Positions 9,732 to 19,781 of a stretch of DNA of 64,000 nt are shown piece by piece. The notes beneath the pieces were generated by a model. The model did no database searches and was not told where the DNA came from. It saw only the letters and a program-made list of their open reading frames with translations. Numbering within the stretch: the stretch's first letter is position 1; each line of letters opens with the position of its first letter. Made by a program: the position numbers and the translations under genes. Source of the stretch: a bacterium (lineage in GTDB: Bacteria > Patescibacteriota > Dojkabacteria > SC72); NCBI GenBank assembly GCA_022840695.1, contig JALHDC010000002.1, forward strand, positions 91,374 through 155,373, given 5' to 3'.

Positions 9732-10613
9732 ATGCACGATTCACACATACATTTGGCACTTGAACCATTGAAATCAAATGTGGATACAATCATCGAAGAA
9801 TTTCTAAATTCAGGGGGGAAATATATATTATCCCAAGGTACAGATATCAAAGATTTTGAAGATACTTTAAAGATATCTGAGAAATATCCTAATATTGTAC
9901 ATGTAGCATTAGGACTTCATCCTACATTTTTTGAAGAGGAGAGTATTTGTAAAGGTGAATACAAAGATATAACAAGAAGGTCTTTAAAATATATAGAAGA
10001 ATTTGAAGATATTTTCAAAAAGAATATTTCTAAAATAACATCAGTAGGGGAAACAGGATTAGATTACTACCAACTATCATTAGAAAAAAATATACCTGAA
10101 GATGTAGTAGAGGAGATTATAGATATTCAAAAGAGATCATTCATACAACACTTAGAAATTGCTAAGAAAAATAATCTCCCCTTAAGTATACATGCAAGAG
10201 ATCAAAGAGATAAAAACAGTTGTGTCCTTGATACTATTCAATTGATAGCACAACAAGGCAAAGGACTTCTAAGAGGATCATTTCATAGTTATACAGGAGA
10301 TATTAAATTTGTTAATGATATTCTTGATTTAGGATTCCATATTGGCTTTAATGCAATAATCACATATAACAGTGGAGAGGATGTAAGAGAAATTTTAAAG
10401 GTAACACCATTGGAAAGAATACTTTTTGAAACGGATGGTCCTTTTCTTCCTCCACAATCAATACGAAAAAACAAAAAGATAAAGGAAAAATTTGCAAAAC
10501 CATCCCATGTAAGAGAAATTATGCAGGTAGCAGCCGAAGTAAAAGGAGTATCAATAGAAGATATGGAAAAGATATCAGATCAAAACTATCAGGATCTTTT
10601 TCTTAATTCTTAA
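9732..10613 (+). CDS. tatD: TatD-family metal-dependent hydrolase
   Basis: 293 aa. N-terminal HxH (DSHIHLA) and TIM-barrel TatD motifs. Confidence 0.8.
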   Translation: MHDSHIHLALEPLKSNVDTIIEEFLNSGGKYILSQGTDIKDFEDTLKISEKYPNIVHVALGLHPTFFEEESICKGEYKDITRRSLKYIEEFEDIFKKNISKITSVGETGLDYYQLSLEKNIPEDVVEEIIDIQKRSFIQHLEIAKKNNLPLSIHARDQRDKNSCVLDTIQLIAQQGKGLLRGSFHSYTGDIKFVNDILDLGFHIGFNAIITYNSGEDVREILKVTPLERILFETDGPFLPPQSIRKNKKIKEKFAKPSHVREIMQVAAEVKGVSIEDMEKISDQNYQDLFLNS

Positions 10614-11295
10614 CCGGATTAATTAAACAAACAAATTCTCCATGTGGACTTTCAGAAAATTTCTCATCATGCAGAATATTTAAGACCTCATTAACCTCCC
10701 CATGGATATTTCTTTCCCTAGATTTCGATATATCCTTAGCAAGAAATATATCTACATTCCCAAAGATCTTTAATATTAATTCTAATAATCTAAGTAATCT
10801 TTTAGGGGATTCATACATAACTAGAGTATTATGTAAATTCATATACTCTTTAAATATCTTTTCTCTTCTAGTATCACTCTTAGGAAGAAATCCAAGAAAA
10901 ACAAACCTATCTGTAGGCAACCCACTAATACTTATTGCAGAAGTTAATGCAGATGCTCCAGGAATAGCCAAAACTTCATGCATGTTTTCCCTCAAATATT
11001 TTACTAACTTAAATCCAGGATCAGATATCAATGGCGTACCTGAATCTGAGATTAAAGCTAGATCTAAACCCATATCTAATTTCTCTACAACCTTCTGAAG
11101 AATTTTTTCATGATTTTGATCACGATAGGATATTAATTGAGTAGAGATGTCATATCTATCTAACAATTTTTTACTCTCCCTCGTATCCTCAGCTAATATA
11201 AAGGCAACTTTTTTTAGTGTATCAACAGCTCTAAATGTAATATCTTCCAAATTACCGATAGGAGTAGCAACAATAAATAATGTTCCTTTTTTCAT
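10603..11295 (-). CDS. rsmI: 16S rRNA (cytidine1402-2'-O)-methyltransferase RsmI
   Basis: 230 aa tetrapyrrole-methylase fold. FIVATPIGNLEDIT is RsmI-like. Confidence 0.8.
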   Translation of the reverse strand: MKKGTLFIVATPIGNLEDITFRAVDTLKKVAFILAEDTRESKKLLDRYDISTQLISYRDQNHEKILQKVVEKLDMGLDLALISDSGTPLISDPGFKLVKYLRENMHEVLAIPGASALTSAISISGLPTDRFVFLGFLPKSDTRREKIFKEYMNLHNTLVMYESPKRLLRLLELILKIFGNVDIFLAKDISKSRERNIHGEVNEVLNILHDEKFSESPHGEFVCLINPVKN

Positions 11296-11297
11296 CT

Positions 11298-11975
11298 CTA
11301 TATATTTATTAAATTTAATTCTACTCCCTCAGCTAAATCTTCAGATTGAATAGCATCATCAAGAGTAAACTTCCCAATTCTGATTCTTTTTAATTCTACT
11401 GCTGTAGCTAAGTATTTACTTTCATTACCTAAATCATTAATCAAAGTCCTAATATATGTACCACTAGAGCATACTATTCTAAATGTAACATGTGGCCAAG
11501 CATACTCTTCTATGTTAAAAGATTTTACAAATATCTCTTTTGGAGCAAGATTTACCTTCTCGTTTTTTCTTGCATATTCATATGCCTTTTTACCATTTAT
11601 TTTCTTTGCTGAAAATTGTGGTGGAGTTTGGGATATCTTACCAACTAAATTCTCTCCAATTATTTTCTCAATTAATTCTTTTTCTAAAGGATTTTCCAAG
11701 TCTCCTTTTTCTATTATTTCTCCAGTTATATCTTGTGTATCTGTAGAATATCCGAATTCTGCTTTCACTAAATACTCTTTTTCCATTTGTAAAATATCAT
11801 TCATTCTTTTTGTGCATTTTCCAAGTAGCAGTATTAATAATCCACTTGCAAAAGGATCTAATGTTCCAGCATGACCAATCTTTTGTCCTTTTGGAAGTAT
11901 CTTTTTTAATCTTCTAATAACATCATATGATGTTATACCTACCTCCTTGTTAATTAATAAAATTCCATCTATCAT
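11298..11975 (-). CDS. truB: tRNA pseudouridine(55) synthase TruB
   Basis: 225 aa with catalytic motif GHAGTLDPFASGLL. Confidence 0.85.
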   Translation of the reverse strand: MIDGILLINKEVGITSYDVIRRLKKILPKGQKIGHAGTLDPFASGLLILLLGKCTKRMNDILQMEKEYLVKAEFGYSTDTQDITGEIIEKGDLENPLEKELIEKIIGENLVGKISQTPPQFSAKKINGKKAYEYARKNEKVNLAPKEIFVKSFNIEEYAWPHVTFRIVCSSGTYIRTLINDLGNESKYLATAVELKRIRIGKFTLDDAIQSEDLAEGVELNLINI

Positions 11976-12014
11976 CTAATAAATATCTAATATATTTGAC
12001 CCAATTATATCACT

Positions 12015-12548
12015 ATGTTAAATGGAATAACCTTAGGAATAGTTATGATATTTATACTTCTTCTAGGAGGATTTCTCTTAACACTATTAATCAATGCTTT
12101 TTTAATTCCGCTTTTCAGAACTCCAAAAGAGGTCCTTGATGAGATTATAGACATGATGGAACTGAGCAAGAAAGATCATTTGGTTGATTTAGGTAGTGGA
12201 GATGGAAGATTGCTTTTGAAAGTATATAGAAATAGTATGTGTAAATGTACAGGGTATGATATTTCACCAATTATGTTGATAATTGCACAAACAAAAATGT
12301 ATTTACAATTTCCTTTTAATAAAGATATTTTATTTAAACCAGAAGATATTTATAGTGTAGATCTTAAGGAGTTTACAAAGATATACTGCTATTTGGATCA
12401 AGGAAGTATGAGAATACTAAAAGATAAATTTGAGGAATTTGTGAAGAGAGGAGGACAGATATATTCATATAGATATAACATAGAGAATATGCCAAAGGAG
12501 GAAAAGGTTATACTTAAAAATGAGGTACCACTATATATTTATAAATAG
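12015..12548 (+). CDS. membrane-anchored class I SAM-dependent methyltransferase-like protein
   Basis: 177 aa. N-terminal TM then motif I VDLGSGDGRLL. Confidence 0.45.
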   Translation: MLNGITLGIVMIFILLLGGFLLTLLINAFLIPLFRTPKEVLDEIIDMMELSKKDHLVDLGSGDGRLLLKVYRNSMCKCTGYDISPIMLIIAQTKMYLQFPFNKDILFKPEDIYSVDLKEFTKIYCYLDQGSMRILKDKFEEFVKRGGQIYSYRYNIENMPKEEKVILKNEVPLYIYK

Positions 12549-12556
12549 AACAATTT

Positions 12557-12994
12557 CTACTGTTTTATTTTAGAAAATTCTTGAAATATAGATAATATTC
12601 TCAAAGAATTGGAAAAAACTATTTCCGAATTTTTTGTATAAGAAAAGATAACTCTTTGCGAATCATTTGTTATACATTCGTGAGTATAATTAATGTCCTT
12701 GGGGATTTTGGAACAAGATATATACTCTCTATACTCCCCTGCTTCCACACTTAAGAAAAAATGATTCTTAGATTTGTAACTTTTTAATTCAAGTCCTACC
12801 TCTCCACAATCTTCAGTTAGGAGACGATTCCCACATTGATTTTTTGTGCATGCTAAATCTACCCTGGAGATTAATGATTTTTGGATATCATCTATACATT
12901 GTTCTTTTAATAATCCCATCATAACTTCACAGCTGTCATATCCTGGAACAGGAATTTGAGGATTTAATTGTTCTTGATTTATCTCTAGGCCCAT
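12557..12994 (-). CDS. hypothetical Cys-rich protein
   Basis: 145 aa ORF, no recognised motif. Confidence 0.4.
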   Translation of the reverse strand: MGLEINQEQLNPQIPVPGYDSCEVMMGLLKEQCIDDIQKSLISRVDLACTKNQCGNRLLTEDCGEVGLELKSYKSKNHFFLSVEAGEYREYISCSKIPKDINYTHECITNDSQRVIFSYTKNSEIVFSNSLRILSIFQEFSKIKQ

Positions 12995-13011
12995 AATATT
13001 TATTGGGAGGA

Positions 13012-13431
13012 TTATATCACGATACTAATATCATCATCTAGATAGCCATTAACATCGTTTAAGATCCTATTAAAATTCTCAGCCACAATACCTGGATGTT
13101 CTCTAAAATTGTATTCCATTGCTTTAATACTTCCATCCGTTTTGCCAATGGTATAACCAATGAATTTCGCATTCCTGCTACTAAATATTTCTTCCTTTCT
13201 GTTTTCATTAGCATTAGTGATACAAATAGAACAGAAACTTGGAGAAATATCAGGAAGATACATATTTCCACCTAATGTATAAAGTATTTCCAATTCACTA
13301 TCCGATTTTTTCAAATACTTTTGAAGCTTTGAAGTGCTTTCTCTTAATGTAGAATCTAGCTTCCTTGCCTCTGTATTCTTTTCGTTACTCTTGTTTTTAA
13401 ACAATTCCATAAAATTCCTATCCATACACAT
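13012..13431 (-). CDS. hypothetical protein
   Basis: 139 aa ORF, no recognised motif. Confidence 0.4.
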   Translation of the reverse strand: MCMDRNFMELFKNKSNEKNTEARKLDSTLRESTSKLQKYLKKSDSELEILYTLGGNMYLPDISPSFCSICITNANENRKEEIFSSRNAKFIGYTIGKTDGSIKAMEYNFREHPGIVAENFNRILNDVNGYLDDDISIVI

Positions 13432-13470
13432 AATTATACCAACCGCATGGAAATAGCGATATAATAATAC

Positions 13471-14685
13471 ATGCCAATCTATGAACCATTAGCATCAAAA
13501 TATAGACCTAAAACATTAGAAGAATTTGTTGGACAAAAACACTTAGTAGGGGAGAATGGTCCAATTAGAAAATTTCTAGATAGTGGAAATATCCCATCTA
13601 TGATTTTCTGGGGACCTCCTGGAACTGGTAAAACAACTCTAGCATATATTATTTCTTTAAACCTGTATTACGATTTTCATAAGCTCCAAGCAGTAAACTC
13701 TGGAAAAGATCATCTTAGGAAAATCATAAAGATTGCCATATCGAATCAACAATATGGGAAAAAAACAATTCTCTTTTTAGATGAGATACACAGATGGAAT
13801 AAAGCACAACAGGATGCGCTTCTACCATATGTTGAAAAAGGTGTGATAATACTTATTGGTGCAACAACTGAGAATCCTTCATTTACTGTTAATACACCAT
13901 TGCTTTCAAGAGCAAAGGTCTTTGTATTTAAACAACAAACGGAAGAAGATATATATGATCTTCTAAAGAAAATTAGTAAAAAAGAGTTTCCAGATGTAGA
14001 AATCAAAAAGAAGGAACTTGAGACAATGGCCAACCTATCTAATGGAGATATCCGATCTGGATTAAACATATTAGAGATGGCAACAACACTTGCAACTGCT
14101 CAACAGAAGGGGAGAGAAAAAGCTAGGGTTACAGAAGAAATATTACAAAATACAATACAAAAGCCAATATATTATGACAAGAATGGAGAGGAACATTACA
14201 ACATAATATCTGCAATTCATAAATCAATGAGATCATCTAACCCGGATGCAGCTGCATATTGGGTAGGGCGAATGCTACAAGCAGGAGAAGATCCTTTGTA
14301 TGTAGCTAGAAGATTGCTTAGATTTGCTAGTGAAGATGTGGGGAATTCGAATCCAAATGCTTTAATACTAGCAAACAATGTATATGAAGCATGCCAAAAA
14401 ATTGGTATGCCAGAGTGTGAAGTTTTCCTAATTCAATTAGCAATATATCTTTCAAAAGCACCTAAGAACAACAGTGCATATATGGTTGAGAATATGGTGA
14501 AGGAAGATATTGAAAAGTATGGAAATCTGCCTGTCCCTATGAATATACGAAATGCAGAAACCAAGCTCATGAAAAATCTTGGATATGGAAAAGGTTATGA
14601 ATATGATCACGATCTACCAAATAAGAAATCAGATCAACAGTGTATGCCAGACAAACTAAAAAACAGAAAATATCTCAAAGAGTAA
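13471..14685 (+). CDS. rarA: replication-associated recombination protein A (RarA/MgsA AAA+ ATPase)
   Basis: 404 aa. Walker A FWGPPGTGKTTLA, Walker B LFLDEIHRWN, MgsA C-terminal region. Confidence 0.85.
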   Translation: MPIYEPLASKYRPKTLEEFVGQKHLVGENGPIRKFLDSGNIPSMIFWGPPGTGKTTLAYIISLNLYYDFHKLQAVNSGKDHLRKIIKIAISNQQYGKKTILFLDEIHRWNKAQQDALLPYVEKGVIILIGATTENPSFTVNTPLLSRAKVFVFKQQTEEDIYDLLKKISKKEFPDVEIKKKELETMANLSNGDIRSGLNILEMATTLATAQQKGREKARVTEEILQNTIQKPIYYDKNGEEHYNIISAIHKSMRSSNPDAAAYWVGRMLQAGEDPLYVARRLLRFASEDVGNSNPNALILANNVYEACQKIGMPECEVFLIQLAIYLSKAPKNNSAYMVENMVKEDIEKYGNLPVPMNIRNAETKLMKNLGYGKGYEYDHDLPNKKSDQQCMPDKLKNRKYLKE

Positions 14686-14740
14686 TCATATATAGAGTTC
14701 TAAGTGGAAAAATTAAAATAATATATATATAATAACGGAC

Positions 14741-15961
14741 ATGGAAATCAGAAAAGATCCAGAAATTATTGAAAGAATATTAGAGAAAGGAGTAGAGCAG
14801 GTACTTCCTTCGAAAGAAGCACTTAAAAGTCTCTTAGAATCTGGGAAAAGAATAAAGATATACCAAGGTTTTGATCCAACAGCAGATACATTACATATTG
14901 GACATACTGTTGGAATGAGAAAATTAGAAGACTTTAGAAAATTAGGTCATCATGTCATATTTCTTGTTGGAGATTTCACAGCTAGGATAGGTGATCCTTC
15001 TGACAAAACTTCTGCTAGACAGATGTTAACAAAAGAACAAGTTGAAGAAAACATGAAGCTGTACAAAGAGCAAGCTTCCAGAATAATAGATATTGATAAT
15101 AAAGAAAATCCTGTTGAAGTCCTCTACAATAGTGAATGGTTAGAAAAATTGAACTTTGGTGACATTATACAATTAGCATCAAAATTCACTGTTCAACAGA
15201 TGATTAAAAGAGATATGTTTAGGAAAAGATTAGAAATAAATAAACCAATATACATTAGTGAATTTATGTATCCAATTATGCAGGGATATGATTGTGTAAT
15301 GATGAATGTAGATGTAGAAGTAGGTGGAAATGATCAGCTTTTCAATATGTTAGCGGGAAGAGATTTAATTATGTCAGAACTTAATAAAGAAAAAATCGTG
15401 TTAGCAGGAAAACTTTTAGCAACCTCTGATGGTACAAAGATGGGGAAAAGTGAAGGCAATATGATTAAAATGAATGATACTCCCGAAGAAATTTTTGGGA
15501 AAGTAATGGCATTTACAGATTCAATGATAATTAGTGGATTTGAGATACTCACGAATTCAACAATGCAAGAAGTCGCTAATTACAAACAAAGACTAGAATC
15601 TGGAGAAAACCCCATGGCTTTGAAAAAAGAACTAGCTCACATGATTACTTCAGAAATTACAAGTGAAGAGGAGGCAGACAAAGCACAAGAGTACTTTGAA
15701 TCTGTATTCCAAAACAAAGAGCAAAATGTGGAAATACCAGAAAAGAGTATAGATAAAGAAGAAATACCTCTAAATGAACTACTCGTAAATATAGAGTTTG
15801 CTAGCAGTAAATCAGAGGCAAAAAGATTAGTAGATCAGGGAGCCGTAAAAATAAATGATCAAAAGGCTACCCAATTTAATCAAATTCTCAATATAAAAAA
15901 CTCTCAACCTCTAATGATTAGAGCAGGGAGAAAGTTATGCACTGTAACATATAGGTCATAA
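14741..15961 (+). CDS. tyrS: tyrosine--tRNA ligase
   Basis: 406 aa class I aaRS. HIGH (TLHIGHTVG) and KMSKS-like (KMGKSEGN) motifs, C-terminal S4-like domain. Confidence 0.85.
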   Translation: MEIRKDPEIIERILEKGVEQVLPSKEALKSLLESGKRIKIYQGFDPTADTLHIGHTVGMRKLEDFRKLGHHVIFLVGDFTARIGDPSDKTSARQMLTKEQVEENMKLYKEQASRIIDIDNKENPVEVLYNSEWLEKLNFGDIIQLASKFTVQQMIKRDMFRKRLEINKPIYISEFMYPIMQGYDCVMMNVDVEVGGNDQLFNMLAGRDLIMSELNKEKIVLAGKLLATSDGTKMGKSEGNMIKMNDTPEEIFGKVMAFTDSMIISGFEILTNSTMQEVANYKQRLESGENPMALKKELAHMITSEITSEEEADKAQEYFESVFQNKEQNVEIPEKSIDKEEIPLNELLVNIEFASSKSEAKRLVDQGAVKINDQKATQFNQILNIKNSQPLMIRAGRKLCTVTYRS

Positions 15962-15988
15962 CAGGGGGAAGGAAATAAAATATTTTAA

Positions 15989-16014
15989 CCCCCTGATATA
16001 TAAGGGGGATTTTT
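15989..16014 (+). terminator. intrinsic terminator after tyrS (CCCCC-10 nt loop-GGGGG then ATTTTT); an upstream GGGGG (15964-15968) could form an alternative pairing
   Basis: Hairpin and T-run seen directly. Confidence 0.5.
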
Positions 16015-16018
16015 AATT

Positions 16019-17473
16019 ATGGAAGAAACAAAAAAAATAAAACAAGACATATTAGAAAAAGTATCATCCATATTTAAGGATGATGTAAGTGCAGCTATAA
16101 AATATGCAGACAAAATACATTCTAATCAAAAAAGATATGATGGAGAACCACTAATAACTCATATACTAAGAACTGCGAGACTTGCAATAGAAAACAATTT
16201 TGATACAAATACAATAATTTCTGCAATACTCCATCAAGTTCCATTAAATACAGAGAATAAAAAATATATTACGAAAAACTTTGGCACAGAGGTAATACAA
16301 ATACTAGAAAAAATCGAAGATATTAGAAAGTGTACAGAAACAACAGAAACACCAGATGAAATAATTATTAAATATATATTAAGTAGTTCAAAGGATTTAA
16401 GACCCGTTATCATAAAAATATTAGATACTTTAGATGATATTAAAACAATAGAAAGTGTTCCTGAATGTGAGAAAAAAATATCATTACATAAAGCATTAAG
16501 TATATATTCTGTACTAGCTGAATATCTGAATTTAGACCATTTAAAAAAGGAAATCGAGGAAAATGCCTTTAGAGAATATCTACCAACAGAGTATGAAAGC
16601 ATTAGTAGAAAAATGGAAGAAGCAAATATAAATAAAGATTTGTTAAACAGATACAAAGATAAACTTGAGAATATTGTAAAACCTTTACATTTTAAAAAGA
16701 GAGTAGAAGGAAGAGTAAAAGGAAAATACAGTATATACAACAAATTAAAAAAATATGAAAAAGAATGGATAGATCCCAGAATCGATAGGGTTGATGACTT
16801 AATTGCTTTTAGAATAATAACCGATACCGAAGATTCATGCTTCTTGATCTTAGAAAAACTCATGGATAATGGGGAACCTGATTACGATCTTTTTGATGAC
16901 TATATTTCCAACCCAAAACCGAATGGATATCAGGCAATTCAGTTTCCAATTAAATTTACAGACATATCAAATTTAGAAATAGAGGTACAGATAATGACTG
17001 AAGATATGTACTACTACAATACATACGGTCCAGCTTCCCACATTGCATATAAAGCATCTAAATCTAGATATGCAAAGCCATCAAATGAATATGATTGGGT
17101 AGAGGAGATACATAAGCAAATGCAACAGAATAGAAAAGAAATACACAATAAAAAAGACTTACCAATTAAATGCAATATATTTGAAGATGAGGTATTCATA
17201 TTCACTCCAAAAGGTAAAATACTGGATCTAAACAAAGGAGATACTGTATTAGATTTTGCATTTAAATTACATACACAGATTGGAAACAGTGCAGTATCGG
17301 CAGAAGTAAATGGAAAGGCGGCGAAACTTTCATCTGTATTAGCGACAGGAGATGTTGTTGAGATTAAGACAGATAAAAGTAAAAAATATCAAAAGACAGA
17401 AGCATTAAGATATGTAAATTCTCTTACCTCCAAATTTAAAATAAGAAAGAATCTCTCAAAAAATGTTCCATAG
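16019..17473 (+). CDS. divergent RelA/SpoT homolog (HD-like, synthetase and TGS domains); HD dyad degenerate (LHQV)
   Basis: 484 aa. Synthetase motifs RVKGKYSIYNKL and DDLIAFRIITD. C-terminal TGS-like segment. Confidence 0.7.
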   Translation: MEETKKIKQDILEKVSSIFKDDVSAAIKYADKIHSNQKRYDGEPLITHILRTARLAIENNFDTNTIISAILHQVPLNTENKKYITKNFGTEVIQILEKIEDIRKCTETTETPDEIIIKYILSSSKDLRPVIIKILDTLDDIKTIESVPECEKKISLHKALSIYSVLAEYLNLDHLKKEIEENAFREYLPTEYESISRKMEEANINKDLLNRYKDKLENIVKPLHFKKRVEGRVKGKYSIYNKLKKYEKEWIDPRIDRVDDLIAFRIITDTEDSCFLILEKLMDNGEPDYDLFDDYISNPKPNGYQAIQFPIKFTDISNLEIEVQIMTEDMYYYNTYGPASHIAYKASKSRYAKPSNEYDWVEEIHKQMQQNRKEIHNKKDLPIKCNIFEDEVFIFTPKGKILDLNKGDTVLDFAFKLHTQIGNSAVSAEVNGKAAKLSSVLATGDVVEIKTDKSKKYQKTEALRYVNSLTSKFKIRKNLSKNVP

Positions 17474-17632
17474 GGTCTGACACTGGACTGTCCCTCTAAT
17501 ACCTTTACCTTGTACAATCTTTTTGCAAAAAAGAATGTTCTTTAGGATGTTGCAATAACAAAAATATGTACAAAAAGAGAACGATTTCCTCTTGTACAGA
17601 GGTTTTTACGGGGACAGAGGAGGGTCTGACCC
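17473..17632 (+). repeat. GC-rich inverted-repeat element, copy 1 (arms GGGTCTGAC-N6-CTGTCCC and GGGGACAGAGGAGGGTCTGACCC)
   Basis: Arms are complementary over CTGTCCC/GGGACAG and GGGTCTGAC/GTCTGACCC. A near-identical 22-mer recurs at 57526-57547. Confidence 0.6.
17588..17608 (+). terminator. hairpin CCTCT-TGTAC-AGAGG plus TTTTT, inside the GC-rich element downstream of rel
   Basis: Seen directly. Confidence 0.35.
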
Positions 17633-17666
17633 TTTCCAACTTAAGTAGAAAATAATAGAATAGTGT

Positions 17667-17777
17667 ATGAAGAAAAGTACAAAGAAAAAATTGAGTAATA
17701 TTATAAATATCGGGATAGCCCTTATACTACTTGGAAGTATAGTCATTCCAATAATACTAAGTCTCATTTCAATATAA
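17667..17777 (+). CDS. possible small hydrophobic peptide (36 aa, MKKSTKKKLSNIINIGIALILLGSIVIPIILSLISI)
   Basis: Unannotated sORF ending 3 nt before recG. Lys-rich N-terminus then one TM helix. Speculative. Confidence 0.25.
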   Translation: MKKSTKKKLSNIINIGIALILLGSIVIPIILSLISI

Positions 17778-17780
17778 TCT

Positions 17781-19781
17781 ATGATTCTTCACAAAGATTC
17801 AGAGATAACAGAAATAAAAGGAATAGGTATCAAGCAAGCTCAGAACTTCTACAAACTAAACATATTTACCGTAAAGGACCTTCTATTCCATATTCCATTT
17901 AGATATCAAGACACTTCTTCAGTATTCTCCATAGCAGAGGTAAAAGAGAAAGGAGAAGGGACAATTCTAGCAGAAATAGAGGATGTACAAATCACATACT
18001 TTAAGAAAAAGATCGTTACTGTAAAAGTAAAAGATGATACAGGAACTCTTAGACTTACATATTTCAATCAACCATATTTAAAAAAATCATTAGAAAAGGG
18101 ATCTATATATCTTTTTGATATAAAAATAACGAATAAAAGTGGAAGAAAGAATATATATAATTCTAAATTTGAAAAATTTAAGTACAATCCTGAAAATCAA
18201 ATTCATTTAGGAAAATGGATTGGAATATACCCGGAAAGCAGGGGCTTAACATCGAGAATGATTAGAGGAAAGATAAAATCTTTAGAGAAGGATATATCTA
18301 AAATAATAACTGAACCTTTAGGGGAATACTTAAAGAATACTGATCTCGAAACATTACCAAGCAGTATAGAAAAAATACATTTTCCAGAAAATCAAAAAGA
18401 TATAGATATTGCAAGAAAAAGACTCTCTTTTGATGAGATGTTAAAAATTGCTTTCCGAATAGAAAAAGCAGATATTAAAAGAAAATCGGAAAAAAGCAAA
18501 CCCATGAAGATAGAAAGCAATTATCTAAATAATTTCATAAAATCGCTTCCATACAAATTAACTAATGATCAAAACAAAGCAATCGAAGAGATATTAGAAG
18601 ATACTACAAAGAAAATTCCAATGAACAGACTATTAAATGGGGATGTGGGAAGTGGTAAAACAGTTGTATCAGCAATAGCCATATTGAACACAATAAAGAA
18701 TGGATATTCAAGTATATTAATAGCCCCTACCACAGTATTGGCTCAACAACACTACGATACATTTAAAGAAATCTTCAAGGATTTCAATATAGACATAGAG
18801 ATATGTATTTCGAATAAAAAAACAATTAAAAAAGCGGACAATAAATTAATAATAGGAACTCATGCCATATTGTATGAGAAAGAATTACCTAAAGATCTTA
18901 ATTTAGTAATAATAGATGAACAACATAGATTTGGTGTAGAGCAAAGAGAGTATTTCAAGAAGAAAAATAAGCTTACACCTCACTATCTAACCATGACTGC
19001 AACACCTATCCCAAGAAGTTTAACAGAGATATTCTTTGGGGGATTAGATGTATCGGAAATAAGAGAGAAACCTAAAAACAGGAAAGAGATAAAAACATTC
19101 TTTACACCTTTTAAGAAAAGGAATGATTGTTTTGATTGGATAAAAAAGAATATAAAGGAAAGTAATTTAGGGAATCAAGCATTTATAATCTATCCGTTGA
19201 TAGAGGAGTCTGAGAAGTTAAGTGCAAAGGCAGTAGTAACAGAATTTAGGTATTTAAAGGAAATATTTAAAGGATTAAGTGTTGAATTTTTACACGGGAG
19301 ATTAAAAGCAAGAGAGAAAGAAAAGCTTTTGGAAGATTTTAGAAATAAAAAAATCAACATCTTAATTTCCACTACAGTTATAGAAGTAGGGATAGATATT
19401 CCGGATGCAACCATTATGGTAATAGAAGATGCTGAGAGGTTTGGTCTTGCACAACTTCATCAGTTAAGAGGAAGAGTAGGAAGAAGTGATAAGGAATCAT
19501 TCTGTTTTGTGATACCTAGTTCTAATGTAGAAAGAAATTCTCCTGCAGAGCAAAGGTTAAGATATTTTGCTAATCATTCTTCAGGATTTGAGGTTGCAGA
19601 GTATGATCTTCAAAACAGGGGACCAGGTGAAGTATACGGTTTGAAACAATCAGGTGTTCCCCAATTTAAAGTAGCCTCAATACATGATCTTAAGCTATTA
19701 AAGAAAGCAAGAATTCTTGCAAAAAGAATCCTTAAAGAAGATAATAATCCTGAATATATTTTAGAAAATCTTTTTGAATGA
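17781..19781 (+). CDS. recG: ATP-dependent DNA helicase RecG
   Basis: 666 aa. Wedge domain then SF2 motifs DVGSGKTVV, DEQHRFG and QLRGRVGR. Confidence 0.9.
   Translation: MILHKDSEITEIKGIGIKQAQNFYKLNIFTVKDLLFHIPFRYQDTSSVFSIAEVKEKGEGTILAEIEDVQITYFKKKIVTVKVKDDTGTLRLTYFNQPYLKKSLEKGSIYLFDIKITNKSGRKNIYNSKFEKFKYNPENQIHLGKWIGIYPESRGLTSRMIRGKIKSLEKDISKIITEPLGEYLKNTDLETLPSSIEKIHFPENQKDIDIARKRLSFDEMLKIAFRIEKADIKRKSEKSKPMKIESNYLNNFIKSLPYKLTNDQNKAIEEILEDTTKKIPMNRLLNGDVGSGKTVVSAIAILNTIKNGYSSILIAPTTVLAQQHYDTFKEIFKDFNIDIEICISNKKTIKKADNKLIIGTHAILYEKELPKDLNLVIIDEQHRFGVEQREYFKKKNKLTPHYLTMTATPIPRSLTEIFFGGLDVSEIREKPKNRKEIKTFFTPFKKRNDCFDWIKKNIKESNLGNQAFIIYPLIEESEKLSAKAVVTEFRYLKEIFKGLSVEFLHGRLKAREKEKLLEDFRNKKINILISTTVIEVGIDIPDATIMVIEDAERFGLAQLHQLRGRVGRSDKESFCFVIPSSNVERNSPAEQRLRYFANHSSGFEVAEYDLQNRGPGEVYGLKQSGVPQFKVASIHDLKLLKKARILAKRILKEDNNPEYILENLFE

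Noticed and set aside
14686-14740. T-box or other leader upstream of tyrS, thrS and pheS
   Set aside because: The upstream gaps (55-140 nt) are too short for T-box leaders. No specifier or antiterminator motifs are visible.
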